A stretch of DNA of 37,173 bases from Actinomycetes bacterium (GTDB lineage Bacteria; Actinomycetota; Thermoleophilia; BMS3ABIN01). The stretch is taken from contig JAJZQT010000005.1 of NCBI GenBank assembly GCA_021803005.1, positions 10,359-47,531 of the forward strand, written 5' to 3'. A program made the position numbers and the translations under genes. The notes beneath the pieces were generated by a model. That model did not search any database and was not told where the DNA came from. It was given only the letters and a program-made list of their open reading frames with translations. Shown here piece by piece: positions 7,593 to 21,474 of this stretch (position 1 is its first letter; every line of letters begins with the position of its first letter).

Positions 7593-10130
7593 GTGACGCT
7601 GAGGCAGAAAATGTTATCCCTGGTGGGAAGGCATACCGGCCGGCGCGAGTCAGCATCGGTCGATGTCCGCTCGGCTTTTGCCGCCTACAAGAAGATCATG
7701 GACGACAACAGCCGCGCCCTGGAGATCATCACCGACATGGGCGAGACCATGAGCGGCGGCTACCTGTTCGACATCGTCTACCTGCGAAAAGCCTACTCCG
7801 ACCTGGCCGTCAGCATGCGCGTCTGCCTGAAAGATTTCAATCAGCTGACCGCGGGGCGCTACCCTGGGCTCGCAAGCGCCTTCGAAGAGATCGATGAGCG
7901 CATCGATGGCCTGGTTTCAGGCACCGTCCGGCCGCTGGAGCGGCTGACCGTTCGCCTCGGGGATATAACGCCGCCCATGGCGCGGGAAGTGGGGGGCAAA
8001 AGTTTTCATCTGGCAGAGATCAAAAACAGCCTCGGGCTCGCGGTCCCGGACGGGTTTGCGCTGACGATCTTCGCCTTCGAGGAATTCATCCGCCACAACC
8101 GGCTTGGAGAAGCCATAGCCTCGCTGGAGAGCGATGGCGATGAACCCGGGCGCCGCCGCGGGTTGCGCGAGCAGATCCTGGCCGGGGGCTTCCCGCCTTC
8201 ACTGGAAAAAGATCTTGCCGGCTCGCTGGAGTGGCTGCGGGGCCGTTGCGGTGATTGCCGCCTGGCGGTGCGAAGCAGCGCCGAGGAGGAAGACGGGATC
8301 TTTTCCTTTGCCGGGCAGTTCGAGACCGTGCTGAACGTTCCGGCCGAAGCCGGGGCTGTTGAGGATGCCTACCGGCGCGTGGTGGCCAGCCTCTTTTCCG
8401 AAGAGGCCATGGCCTACCAGCGGCGGCTGGGTTACCATCCCGGGAGCCTGAGGATGGCGGTGGGCTGTGTCGCCATGGTCGATGCCGCCGTCAGTGGCGT
8501 TGCCTACACCGCCGATCCGCTCGGCGGCGACCGCGGCGTCATGGTCATCAACTCTTCCTGGGGGTTGGGCAAATCCGTCGTCGAGGGGGCTGTGGACGCG
8601 GACCGGTTCGTTGTGGAAAAGACCCCTCCCTACCAGGTGACCGAGCGGGTACTGGGCAGAAAGGAAACCATGACGGCGCCGATGACCGAAGCCGGGGTGC
8701 AGGAGGTCGAAACCGCCGGCGACAGGCGCCATGCTTCTTCCCTGGCGCCCAAGGAACTCGAGGAGATTGTCCGCCAGGCACTGGCCATCGAGGCATACTA
8801 CAAGCGGCCGCAGGACATTGAGTGGGCCGTCGATGGGAACGGACGCGTTGTGATATTGCAGGCACGGCCGCTGAGGATGAAGGAAACAGCGCCCGCGGAA
8901 AACAAAGCTGCGGCCGCCGGGCGCCCGGTGCTCATGCGCAACAAGGGCAGCGTGGTGCAGCCGGGCGCCGTGGGTGGCAGGGTCTTTTTTGCCAGCTCGC
9001 CGGAGGCGCTCGATGAATTCCCCAGGGACGCTATTCTGGTGGCCCGTCATGATTCACCCCAGTATGTGCGGGTCATGCCCTACGCCTCGGCTATCATCAC
9101 CGATGCCGGCAACACCACCAGTCACATGGCCTCGATCAGCCGGGAGTTCCGGGTGCCCACCGTGGTCAACACCGGCGTCGCCACCAGCGTGCTGAAGCCC
9201 GGCGCCGAGATTACCCTTCAGGCCGGCGAAGACGGCGGCATGACCGTGTACGAGGGAATCGCCCGCGAGATCATCGACGAGCAGCACGACACTTTCCTCA
9301 AACTCGAAGAGCTGTACGAGTTCCGGCGCCGCAAATACGTGATGACATATATCACGCCTCTGAACCTGGTCAATCCCTTCACCGACGACTTCGCGCCTGA
9401 GAACTGCCGCACGATTCACGATATCCTGAGATTCATCCATGAAAAATCGATGCGGGAACTGATCGAGGCCTCGCGGCATACGGAACGCGGCTCCTCGCTG
9501 AAGCGCCTGGACATCCCCTTCATGGACACCATCCACGTAATCGATATCGGGGCCGGGCTCGCCGCCGGCGCCGGCGGCGTCATCACTGTCGAGCAGGTGG
9601 TCTCGGTGCCTTTCAAGGCGATCCTGGAAGGAATGTCATTCCCCGGAGCCTGGCGTAAGGGAGGGGTTCCCATCAGCCTCTCGGATTTCTTCACGGCCAG
9701 CATGCGCACCGGTTCCCTGCTTGAAGACATCGATATGAATCTGGCGGTGATTTCCCATTTCTACATGAACCTGGCTGTCCGCTTCGGTTATCACTACACC
9801 GTGGTCGACTGTTTCGCCAGCCAGAGGGCGGCCAGCAACCACATATATTTTCGCTTCCTGGGTGGCGCCGCCGACCTGTCCAAGCGGCTGCGGCGCATCG
9901 AGATGCTCGAGATAATCCTCGATCATCTGGGGTTTGCCTCCCGGGCCAAAGGCGATCTCATCACCGCCACGATCACGAATATCAGTCAGGAGGAGGCTGT
10001 TCGCATCCTCGACCAGTCGGGCCGGCTGATGGCATTCACCCGCCAGCTGGACGCCATGCTTACCAGCGACAGCGCCGTCAAGGAATATGCCCGGAAATTC
10101 ATCGAAGGCGAGTACGAGCTTTTCGGGTAA
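7593..10130 (+). CDS. PEP synthase/PPDK-family ATP-grasp plus phosphohistidine swivel protein with an uncharacterised C-terminal domain
   Basis: VGGK, VPDGF, LAVRSSA..ED...SFAGQFET, SGVAYT.DP, WGLG.SVVEG, PQDIEWA, ILQARP (nucleotide-binding domain); GNTTSHMASISREFRVP with His511; the C-terminal ~270 aa lack PEP/pyruvate TIM-barrel motifs. GTG start abuts the receiver stop; alternative ATG at 7611. Confidence 0.85.
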   Translation: MTLRQKMLSLVGRHTGRRESASVDVRSAFAAYKKIMDDNSRALEIITDMGETMSGGYLFDIVYLRKAYSDLAVSMRVCLKDFNQLTAGRYPGLASAFEEIDERIDGLVSGTVRPLERLTVRLGDITPPMAREVGGKSFHLAEIKNSLGLAVPDGFALTIFAFEEFIRHNRLGEAIASLESDGDEPGRRRGLREQILAGGFPPSLEKDLAGSLEWLRGRCGDCRLAVRSSAEEEDGIFSFAGQFETVLNVPAEAGAVEDAYRRVVASLFSEEAMAYQRRLGYHPGSLRMAVGCVAMVDAAVSGVAYTADPLGGDRGVMVINSSWGLGKSVVEGAVDADRFVVEKTPPYQVTERVLGRKETMTAPMTEAGVQEVETAGDRRHASSLAPKELEEIVRQALAIEAYYKRPQDIEWAVDGNGRVVILQARPLRMKETAPAENKAAAAGRPVLMRNKGSVVQPGAVGGRVFFASSPEALDEFPRDAILVARHDSPQYVRVMPYASAIITDAGNTTSHMASISREFRVPTVVNTGVATSVLKPGAEITLQAGEDGGMTVYEGIAREIIDEQHDTFLKLEELYEFRRRKYVMTYITPLNLVNPFTDDFAPENCRTIHDILRFIHEKSMRELIEASRHTERGSSLKRLDIPFMDTIHVIDIGAGLAAGAGGVITVEQVVSVPFKAILEGMSFPGAWRKGGVPISLSDFFTASMRTGSLLEDIDMNLAVISHFYMNLAVRFGYHYTVVDCFASQRAASNHIYFRFLGGAADLSKRLRRIEMLEIILDHLGFASRAKGDLITATITNISQEEAVRILDQSGRLMAFTRQLDAMLTSDSAVKEYARKFIEGEYELFG

Positions 10131-10234
10131 CTCGGGGGTTTCCCCGATATCAGGGATGCGCCTTCTTCGGCTCGGCGTCCCAGGTTTCAAACCCGGGCCT
10201 CCGGGTAACATTTTCGGGTACGCTCGAGTATTTC

Positions 10235-10255
10235 AACAAAGGAAACCAACGTCCC
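10235..10255 (+). repeat. Solo copy of the end of the 1966-2062 inverted-repeat element
   Basis: aacaaaggaaaccaacgtccc matches aacataggaaacgaacgtccc (2040-2060) at 19 of 21 positions. Confidence 0.75.
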
Positions 10256-10260
10256 CGGCC

Positions 10261-10289
10261 TTGCTTCCGAAAACCAGTTATGTTATATT
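10261..10289 (+). promoter_or_regulatory. Sigma-70/SigA promoter for rpoB
   Basis: TTGCTT (10261-10266), 17-bp spacer, TATATT (10284-10289), with extended -10 TG at 10281-10282. Confidence 0.75.
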
Positions 10290-10346
10290 TCCTTGTTCGT
10301 GCCTCAGCACGGTCCTATTACCCTGCAATAATCCCATCCGCGAGGG

Positions 10347-13300
10347 GTGAGCCTTTTGGAGCAACTGTCTGACTACGCTGTAAGTCCCCGCCAACGGAGA
10401 TCCTTCTCCAAACTCGAAAAGATTTTAGAGGTCCCCAACCTCATCGATATTCAGAAAAGTTCCTACGAGTGGTTCCTTGATGAAGGTGTGCGCGAGACCA
10501 TCGCCGACATCTCACCGATTGAGGACTATACCGGCACGCTGGCCGTCGAGTTCGGCGAGCATCATTTCGAGCCGCCGACCAGCAGCATCGAGGAGTGCCG
10601 CGACAAGGACGGCAACTACTCGGCTCCGCTGTTCATGACCGTGCGGTTTATCAACAAGGAGACCGGCGAGATCCGTGAGCAGTCAGTGTTCATGGGCGAC
10701 TTCCCCATGATGACCGAGTGGGGAACCTTCATCATCAACGGCACCGAGCGTGTCGTCGTCACCCAGCTGGTCCGTTCCCCGGGCGCCTACGTCATGGAGC
10801 CCAAGGACCCGGCCAAGCAGATGTTCATCGCCAACCTCATGCCATCCCGCGGGTCCTGGCTGGAGCTCGAGATCGACAAGAAGGGCGTCGTCAACGTCCG
10901 CATCGACCGCAAGCGCAAGCTGCCGGTGACGGTGCTGCTGCGCGCGCTGGGTTACGGCAACGATGACGACATCCGCAAGCTTTTCAGCCTGGAGAAAAAG
11001 ACCAGGAAAAAGGAAGGCAGGGAAGAGACGGAATGGATCTGGGGCAAGGGCAAGAATTCCATCTATATAGACAAGACCCTGGACAAGGACACGACTGAAA
11101 GCCAGGAAGCGGCGATGGTCGAGCTCTTCAAGAAGCAGCGCCCGGGCGAGCCGCCCAGCCTGGAGAGCTCCAAGTCGCTGATCAAGGCGCTGTTCTTCGA
11201 TCCCAAGCGCTACGACCTCACCAAAGTCGGCCGCTACAAGCTCAACACGCGCCTGAACTTGAACGTCAAGCCGGACGTGCGCACGCTGACCAACGACGAT
11301 ATCCTCGAGCTGATCCGCGCTCTGATCATCCTGCCGGAGAAGCTGGAGATCCCCGAGGACACGGTCGATTTCGCGGCCGAGGCCAAGGGAATGCCCCGCG
11401 AGGAGATCACCCACGACCTCGACGAGTACGAGCATTTCGGCAACCGCCGGCTGCGCACCGTCGGCGAGCTGGTGCAGGAAGCTTTCCGCATCGGCCTCTA
11501 CCGCATGGAGCGCGTGGTCAAGGAGCGCATGACTACCGAGGACGTGGACGCTATCACGCCTCAGCATATTATCAATATACGGCCCGTGGTTGCGGCGCTC
11601 AAGGAGTTTTTTGGCTCCTCACAGCTGTCGCAGTTCCTGGACCAGACCAATACCCTGGCCGCCCTGACGCATCGCCGCCGCTTAAGCGCCCTGGGCGCCG
11701 GCGGCCTGACGCGTGAGCGGGCCCCGATCGAAGTCCGCGACGTGCATCCGACCCACTATGGCCGCATGTGCCCGATCGAGACTCCTGAAGGCCCGAACAT
11801 CGGCCTCATCGGCTCACTCTCGTCCTTTGCCACGGTAAATGAGTTCGGTTTCATCCAGACTCCTTACCGCAAGGTGGAGAAGGGCAAGGTAACCACCGAG
11901 ATCGTTTACCTGGACGCCAGCGAGGAAGACAAGTACGTCATCGCCCAGGCCAACGCCGAGTTCAATCCCAAGACCGGCAAGTTCCCGGACAACATGAACG
12001 TGCTGGCCCGTACCCGCGACGGCGAGGTAGTTACTGTCAAGCCCAAGGAAGTCGACTTCATGGACGTCTCGCCGCAGCAGATCGTTTCGGTGGCGACGGC
12101 ACTGGTTCCCTTCCTCGAGCATAACGACGCCAACCGCGCCCTCATGGGCTCGAACATGCAGCGCCAGGCGGTACCGCTACTGGTGTCACAAGCGCCGCTG
12201 ATCGGCACCGGCATCGAGTTCCGCGCCGCCATCGACACCGGCGACGTCATCCTGGCCAAGAACTCCGGTAAGATCAAGGAAGTCGACGCCGAGCACATCA
12301 TCATCGAGACCAGCAAGGGCGAGGATGTTTACGTGCTCAAAAAGTTCACCCGTTCCAACCAGGGTACGCTGATGCACCAGAAGCCGCTGCTGGTCGAGGG
12401 TGACCGCGTCAAGAAGGGCGCGGTGCTGGCCGACGGCGCCTCCACCGACATGGGGGAGATGGCGCTGGGCAAGAACCTGCTGGTCGCCTTCATGAGCTGG
12501 GAAGGTTACAACTTCGAGGATGCCATCATCCTCAGCGAGCGCCTGGTCAAGGACGACGTGCTCTCTTCCATCCATATCGAGGAATACGAGGTCGAGGCCC
12601 GCTCCACCAAGCTGGGCGACGAGGAGATCACCCGTGATATCCCCAACCGCAGCGAAGAGTCGCTGGCCGACCTCGATGAAGACGGCATCATCCGTATCGG
12701 CGCCGAGGTTAACGCCGGCGATCTGCTGGTGGGCAAGGTCACGCCCAAGGGCGAGACCGAGCTGACCGCCGAGGAAAAGCTGATCCGCGCCATCTTCAAG
12801 GAGAAGGCCCGCGAAGTGCGCGACACTTCGCTCAAGGTCCCCCACGGCGAAGGCGGCCGCATCATCGACGTCAAGATATTCTCCCGCGACAACGGCGACG
12901 ACCTCGCCCCGGGAGTCAACAAGCTGGTCCGTGTCTACGTGGCCAAGAAGCGCAAGATCGCCGAGGGCGACAAGCTGGCTGGCCGCCACGGCAACAAGGG
13001 CGTCATCTCCAAGATCGTCCCCGAGGAGGACATGCCCTTCCTCGAGGACGGCACGCCCGTGGACATCATCCTCAATCCCCTGGGCGTACCTTCCCGGATG
13101 AACATCGGGCAGATCCTGGAGACGCACCTGGGCTGGGCCGCTTCGCGCGGCTGGGATGACGGCAACGGTTTCCGGGCGCCGGTTCACGTGGCGACGCCGG
13201 TATTCGACGGCGCCAGCCTCGGCGAGATCGAGGAAGCGCTGATCAAGTGCTACGATCACGACCCGGAGAAGAAGATCACTTATTCCTACAACAACGATGA

Positions 13301-13955
13301 GCCCAACCCGGCCGCCGGCAAGGTGAAGCTGTTCAACGGCCTCACCGGCGAGCCTTACGGCGACAAGATCACCGTGGGCTACATGTATATCCTCAAACTC
13401 CTGCACCTGGTGGACGACAAGATCCACGCGCGTTCCACCGGACCCTACTCGCTGGTGACGCAGCAGCCACTGGGCGGCAAGGCCCAGTTCGGCGGGCAGC
13501 GATTCGGCGAGATGGAGGTCTGGGCGCTGGAGGCTTACGGCGCCGCCCATACGCTGCAGGAGATGCTGACGATCAAGTCCGATGACACCATCGGCCGCGT
13601 CAAGGCCTACGAGGCGATCGTCAAGGGCGAGAACATCCCCGAGCCGAACATCCCCGAGTCGTTCAAGGTGCTGCTGAAGGAGATGCAGAGCCTGGGGCTC
13701 GACGTCGGCATCGAGACCGAGGCCGGCGAGAGCGTCGAGATGATCGAGGAAGACGACGAACTCCGCCGCGCCGCCGAGGAGCTTGGCATCGATCTGTCAC
13801 AGGGCCTGAAGAAGAAGGAAGGCCCGGGCGTGGAGGGAGAGGAAGCAGCCGAGCTGCTTGCGGCCGACCAGGAGCTCTCGGTGGAAGAGGGAGCCGAAGA
13901 GGAAGAGGAAGAGGAAGCGGAAACAGAAGCAGAGGCGGAGGTCGAGGTAGAATGA
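10347..13955 (+). CDS. rpoB: DNA-directed RNA polymerase subunit beta
   Basis: [80 protein letters not shown]; acidic C-terminal tail. True start may be TTG at 10356 (SD-like gagggg upstream). Confidence 0.99.
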   Translation: MSLLEQLSDYAVSPRQRRSFSKLEKILEVPNLIDIQKSSYEWFLDEGVRETIADISPIEDYTGTLAVEFGEHHFEPPTSSIEECRDKDGNYSAPLFMTVRFINKETGEIREQSVFMGDFPMMTEWGTFIINGTERVVVTQLVRSPGAYVMEPKDPAKQMFIANLMPSRGSWLELEIDKKGVVNVRIDRKRKLPVTVLLRALGYGNDDDIRKLFSLEKKTRKKEGREETEWIWGKGKNSIYIDKTLDKDTTESQEAAMVELFKKQRPGEPPSLESSKSLIKALFFDPKRYDLTKVGRYKLNTRLNLNVKPDVRTLTNDDILELIRALIILPEKLEIPEDTVDFAAEAKGMPREEITHDLDEYEHFGNRRLRTVGELVQEAFRIGLYRMERVVKERMTTEDVDAITPQHIINIRPVVAALKEFFGSSQLSQFLDQTNTLAALTHRRRLSALGAGGLTRERAPIEVRDVHPTHYGRMCPIETPEGPNIGLIGSLSSFATVNEFGFIQTPYRKVEKGKVTTEIVYLDASEEDKYVIAQANAEFNPKTGKFPDNMNVLARTRDGEVVTVKPKEVDFMDVSPQQIVSVATALVPFLEHNDANRALMGSNMQRQAVPLLVSQAPLIGTGIEFRAAIDTGDVILAKNSGKIKEVDAEHIIIETSKGEDVYVLKKFTRSNQGTLMHQKPLLVEGDRVKKGAVLADGASTDMGEMALGKNLLVAFMSWEGYNFEDAIILSERLVKDDVLSSIHIEEYEVEARSTKLGDEEITRDIPNRSEESLADLDEDGIIRIGAEVNAGDLLVGKVTPKGETELTAEEKLIRAIFKEKAREVRDTSLKVPHGEGGRIIDVKIFSRDNGDDLAPGVNKLVRVYVAKKRKIAEGDKLAGRHGNKGVISKIVPEEDMPFLEDGTPVDIILNPLGVPSRMNIGQILETHLGWAASRGWDDGNGFRAPVHVATPVFDGASLGEIEEALIKCYDHDPEKKITYSYNNDEPNPAAGKVKLFNGLTGEPYGDKITVGYMYILKLLHLVDDKIHARSTGPYSLVTQQPLGGKAQFGGQRFGEMEVWALEAYGAAHTLQEMLTIKSDDTIGRVKAYEAIVKGENIPEPNIPESFKVLLKEMQSLGLDVGIETEAGESVEMIEEDDELRRAAEELGIDLSQGLKKKEGPGVEGEEAAELLAADQELSVEEGAEEEEEEEAETEAEAEVEVE

Positions 13956-14037
13956 GCCGCGCCATTGATAAAACGCCGTTTCATGATATAACGGCAGGAA
14001 ATATTCCCAGACAAAATTCCAGACTCCGGGAGGAACG

Positions 14038-17964
<3,927 letters not shown>

Positions 17965-17988
17965 AAGCGGCATAACAGTATAAATTAC

Positions 17989-18027
17989 GCTCCGGCCCCG
18001 CGGTTCCCGCGGGGCCGGAGCTTTTTT
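17989..18027 (+). terminator. Intrinsic terminator after rpoC
   Basis: Perfect 15-bp stem gctccggccccgcgg (17989-18003)/ccgcggggccggagc (18007-18021) followed by six T. Confidence 0.92.
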
Positions 18028-18038
18028 CAGTCATCGCC

Positions 18039-18067
18039 TTGACTCCACCTCCGCCTTTCGCTATACT
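18039..18067 (+). promoter_or_regulatory. Sigma-70/SigA promoter of the str (rpsL) operon
   Basis: TTGACT (18039-18044), 17-bp spacer, TATACT (18062-18067). Confidence 0.85.
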
Positions 18068-18215
18068 CCCGTCTTGCGCCCCAAAGAAGGGCGCTTGAGT
18101 CTGTAAAGAACTGGGTAAGTTGATCCGAGCTGCAGACTTCTCCGTACGCCACGGCGAACGGGGAATGGGAGTCTGCTGCTCTTTTGCGTGTGAAAAAAGG
18201 CAACCAAAGGAACCA

Positions 18216-18584
18216 ATGCCGACAGTGAACCAGCTGGTGAGGAAGGGCCGCAAGGCCGGTATCGAGAAGACTTCGACGCCGGCGCTCAAGGGCGCGCCGC
18301 AGCGCCGCGGCGTCTGCACCCGCGTCTATACGACCACTCCCAAGAAGCCGAACTCGGCGCTGCGGAAGGTCTGCCGCGTCCGTCTCACCACCGGCATCGA
18401 GGTAACCGCTTATATTCCCGGCATCGGCCATAACCTCCAGGAGCACTCCGTGGTCCTGGTCAAGGGGGGCCGCGTCAAGGATCTGCCGGGCGTGCGTTAT
18501 AAAGTCGTCCGGGCCGCTCTGGATACCGCGGGGGTCACCGACCGCCGCCAGGCCCGTTCCAAATACGGTGTGAAGACCCCTTAA
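18216..18584 (+). CDS. rpsL: 30S ribosomal protein S12
   Basis: MPTVNQLVR...[24 protein letters not shown]...[12 protein letters not shown]; start moved from the ORF-track 18120 to the conserved MPT ATG. Confidence 0.99.
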   Translation: MPTVNQLVRKGRKAGIEKTSTPALKGAPQRRGVCTRVYTTTPKKPNSALRKVCRVRLTTGIEVTAYIPGIGHNLQEHSVVLVKGGRVKDLPGVRYKVVRAALDTAGVTDRRQARSKYGVKTP

Positions 18585-18592
18585 GGAGTTAA

Positions 18593-19063
18593 ATGCCCCG
18601 CCGAGCCGCAGCCCAGAAACGGGAGACCACTCCCGACCCCATCTATAACAGCAAGCTGGTAGCCCAGTTTGTGAACAAGGTGATGCTGGGCGGCAAGAAA
18701 TCGACGGCGGAGAAGATTACCTACCGCGCCCTCGAGATCATGGGCGAGAAGAAGGGTGACGACCCGGTCGCGGTCTTAAAGCAGGCCGTCGACGCCGTGA
18801 CGCCGTCGCTGGAGGTCAGGTCCCGTCGGGTCGGCGGCGCCACCTACCAGGTGCCGGTCGAGGTTCCTTCCCGCCGGGCGCGCACTCTTGCAATTCGCTG
18901 GATCGTGGGCTATGCCCGCGATCGCCGCGAGAAAACGATGGCCGAGAGGCTGGCCAACGAGTGCCTCGAAGCGCTCGGCAACCAGGGTTCCGCCTGGAAG
19001 AAGAAGGACGATATTTACCGCATGGCTCAGGCAAACAAGGCCTTTGCACATTACCGCTGGTAG
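18593..19063 (+). CDS. rpsG: 30S ribosomal protein S7
   Basis: [39 protein letters not shown]. Confidence 0.99.
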   Translation: MPRRAAAQKRETTPDPIYNSKLVAQFVNKVMLGGKKSTAEKITYRALEIMGEKKGDDPVAVLKQAVDAVTPSLEVRSRRVGGATYQVPVEVPSRRARTLAIRWIVGYARDRREKTMAERLANECLEALGNQGSAWKKKDDIYRMAQANKAFAHYRW

Positions 19064-19242
19064 GGCGCGGGCAGCCGGCGCCGGTTGAAGCGGCAGGTGT
19101 AAGGATCGAAGCCCGGGGGAAGAAACATATGAATGTCAATAAAAATGTCCGGTGACCGTTAGAGGGTTTCCCGGAACGAAAAGTTTGGATTTTGATGAGC
19201 ACTCAGGCAGCTGTTAACACTAACAACAAGAAGAGCCAGGAC

Positions 19243-21327
19243 ATGACACGCAAGTTTTCCTTGGAGAAAACCAGAAATATCGGCATTATGGCCCATATCG
19301 ACGCCGGCAAGACGACTACCACCGAGCGCATCCTGTTCTACACCGGCAGAACGCACAAGATCGGCGAGGTCCACGAAGGCGCCGCGGTCATGGACTGGAT
19401 GGAGCAGGAGCAGGAGCGGGGAATCACCATTACCTCCGCCGCCACGACCTGCCAGTGGAAGGATTACCGGATAAACGTTATAGACACGCCCGGGCACGTG
19501 GACTTTACCGTCGAGGTGGAGCGCTCGCTGCGGGTCCTCGACGGCGCCATCGCCTTGTTCTGTTCCGTGGGCGGCGTCGAGCCCCAGTCGGAGACCGTCT
19601 GGCGCCAGGCCGACAAGTATCATGTGCCGCGTATCGCCTATGTAAACAAGATGGACCGCATGGGCGCCGACTTCTTCCAGGTGCTGGATATGATGATCAA
19701 GCGCCTGGGCGCGCATCCGGTGGCCGTACAGCTTCCCATCGGCCGCGAGGATGCCTTCCGGGGCGTCATTGACCTGGTCGAGATGAAAGCTCTTGTATGG
19801 GAAGACGACAGCGACATGGGCGAGACCTGGAGGGTCGAGGATATCCCCGAAGACATGGCCGAGTTCGCGCAGGAATGGCGCAGCCACATGATCGAGACGC
19901 TCGCCGACCATGACGAAACGCTCATGGAAGCCTATGTCGAGGGCAAGGATATCGAAAAGAAGCACCTCAAGGAAGTCATCCGCAAGGCCACCAACGCTAT
20001 CGCCATTACTCCCGTCCTCTGCGGCACCGCCTTCAAGAACAAGGGCGTGCAGCCGCTTCTGGACGCGGTCATAGATTACCTGCCCTCGCCGCTGGACGTG
20101 CCCCCGATCAAGGGCATCAGCTCCGACAGGGGCGAGGAGATCCGCAACGCCTCCGATGACGAGCCCTTCGCGGCGCTCGCCTTCAAGGTCATGACCGATC
20201 CCTTTGTCGGCAAGCTCACATATTTCAGGGTCTATTCCGGCACGCTCAAATCGGGCAGCCATGTTTACAACGCCACCAAGGACCGCAAGGAGCGCATCGG
20301 CCGCATCCTGCAGATGCACGCCAACCGCCGCGAGGAGCGCGACGCCATCTACGCCGGCGAGCTCGCCGCGGCCGTGGGTCTCAAGTACACGACCACCGGC
20401 GACACCCTTTGCGACCAGAGCGATCCGATCATTCTCGAGTCGATGGACTTCCCCAACCCGGTTATCGCCGTGGCCATCGAGCCCAAGACCAAGGCCGACC
20501 AGGAGAAGCTGGGCGCCTCGCTGCACAAGCTGGCCGAGGAAGACCCGACCTTCCAGGTCCGCACCGATGAGGAGACCGGCCAGACCGTCATCTCCGGCAT
20601 GGGCGAGCTGCACCTGGAGATCATCGTCGACCGCCTGCTGCGCGAGTTCAAGGTCGACGCCAACGTCGGCAAGCCGCAGGTCGCCTACCGCGAGACCATC
20701 CGCAAGCCGGTGGAGAAGGTGGTCGGCAAGTTCGTGCGCCAGTCCGGCGGCCGCGGCCAGTACGGCCACGTCGTCATCAACCTCGAGCCTTCTGGCCCGG
20801 GCGAGGGCTACGAGTTCGTAGAGAAGATCTCCGGCGGCGTCATTCCCAAGGATTACATCCCCTCGGTCAACGAGGGCATCAAGGAGGCCATGGAAAACGG
20901 CGTCCTGGCCGGGTACCCGATGGTGGGCGTCAAGGTGACGCTCGTCGACGGCTCCTATCACGACGTCGACTCTTCGGAGATGGCCTTCCGCATCGCCGGT
21001 TCGATGGCGCTCAAGTCAGGCGTCGCCAAGGCCAAGCCGGTTCTGCTGGAGCCGGTCATGGAGGTCGAGGTCGTCGTCCCGGAGGAATACATGGGCGACA
21101 TCATCGGCGACCTGAATTCCCGCCGCGGCAAGATCGAGGGCATGGAGCCCCGGGGCAAGGCCCAGGTCATCCGCGCCCGCATCCCCCTGGCGGAGATGTT
21201 CGGTTACGCCACCGACCTGCGCTCGCTGAGCCAGGGAAGGGCGGTTTACACAATGCAGTTCGACCGTTACGAAGAGGTCCCGAGCTCGATCGCCACCGGC
21301 ATCGTGGAGCAGGTCAACGGCAAGTAG
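19243..21327 (+). CDS. fusA: Elongation factor G
   Basis: [48 protein letters not shown]; start placed at ATG 19243 (an upstream in-frame ATG at 19195 is possible). Confidence 0.98.
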   Translation: MTRKFSLEKTRNIGIMAHIDAGKTTTTERILFYTGRTHKIGEVHEGAAVMDWMEQEQERGITITSAATTCQWKDYRINVIDTPGHVDFTVEVERSLRVLDGAIALFCSVGGVEPQSETVWRQADKYHVPRIAYVNKMDRMGADFFQVLDMMIKRLGAHPVAVQLPIGREDAFRGVIDLVEMKALVWEDDSDMGETWRVEDIPEDMAEFAQEWRSHMIETLADHDETLMEAYVEGKDIEKKHLKEVIRKATNAIAITPVLCGTAFKNKGVQPLLDAVIDYLPSPLDVPPIKGISSDRGEEIRNASDDEPFAALAFKVMTDPFVGKLTYFRVYSGTLKSGSHVYNATKDRKERIGRILQMHANRREERDAIYAGELAAAVGLKYTTTGDTLCDQSDPIILESMDFPNPVIAVAIEPKTKADQEKLGASLHKLAEEDPTFQVRTDEETGQTVISGMGELHLEIIVDRLLREFKVDANVGKPQVAYRETIRKPVEKVVGKFVRQSGGRGQYGHVVINLEPSGPGEGYEFVEKISGGVIPKDYIPSVNEGIKEAMENGVLAGYPMVGVKVTLVDGSYHDVDSSEMAFRIAGSMALKSGVAKAKPVLLEPVMEVEVVVPEEYMGDIIGDLNSRRGKIEGMEPRGKAQVIRARIPLAEMFGYATDLRSLSQGRAVYTMQFDRYEEVPSSIATGIVEQVNGK

Positions 21328-21337
21328 CCCGCCGGCC

Positions 21338-21367
21338 TTGCCCTGCCGTGGTGGTTTGATATATAGT
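21338..21367 (+). promoter_or_regulatory. Possible internal promoter for tuf
   Basis: TTGCCC (21338-21343), 18-bp spacer, TATAGT (21362-21367) in a 147-bp fusA-tuf spacer. Confidence 0.45.
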
Positions 21368-21474
21368 AACTCGCTCTTTAGGAAGAAATAACAGGAACAC
21401 AAGCTATACGGTGGGTCTAAAGCAGGGCTTTTACCAGGTTTTGCTCAGCGTATTTGGAGAGGAGAGGAGCAAGG

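Noticed and set aside
7593-10130. Rifampicin phosphotransferase (tempting because it sits next to rpoB)
   Set aside because: RPH has the order ATP-grasp, rifampicin-binding domain, C-terminal His domain; here the His domain is central. It also lacks the pyruvate barrel, so ppsA/ppdK symbols were not assigned.
3482-10130. A complete bacterial VTC polyphosphate polymerase
   Set aside because: No VTC/CYTH tunnel catalytic domain or SPX domain is recognisable in the cassette; only the membrane-unit resemblance is supported.
10120-10220. 10-bp repeat ttttcgggta (10120-10129 and 10211-10220) as an attachment site
   Set aside because: Both copies are on the same side of the cassette and the match is too short to be significant.
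3200-10346. Cassette as a bona fide mobile element (prophage, ICE, transposon)
   Set aside because: No integrase, transposase, tRNA target or matching flanking repeats found; only a solo repeat end at 10235-10255.
11600-11720. Rifampicin-resistance substitutions in RpoB cluster I
   Set aside because: Residues equivalent to E. coli Q513, D516, H526, R529 and S531 are intact; the other differences look like lineage variation.
18120-18215. ORF-track N-terminal extensions of S12 (also EF-Tu at 21454 and IF-1 at 34661)
   Set aside because: Conserved N-termini and SD sequences point to downstream ATGs at 18216, 21475 and 34688.
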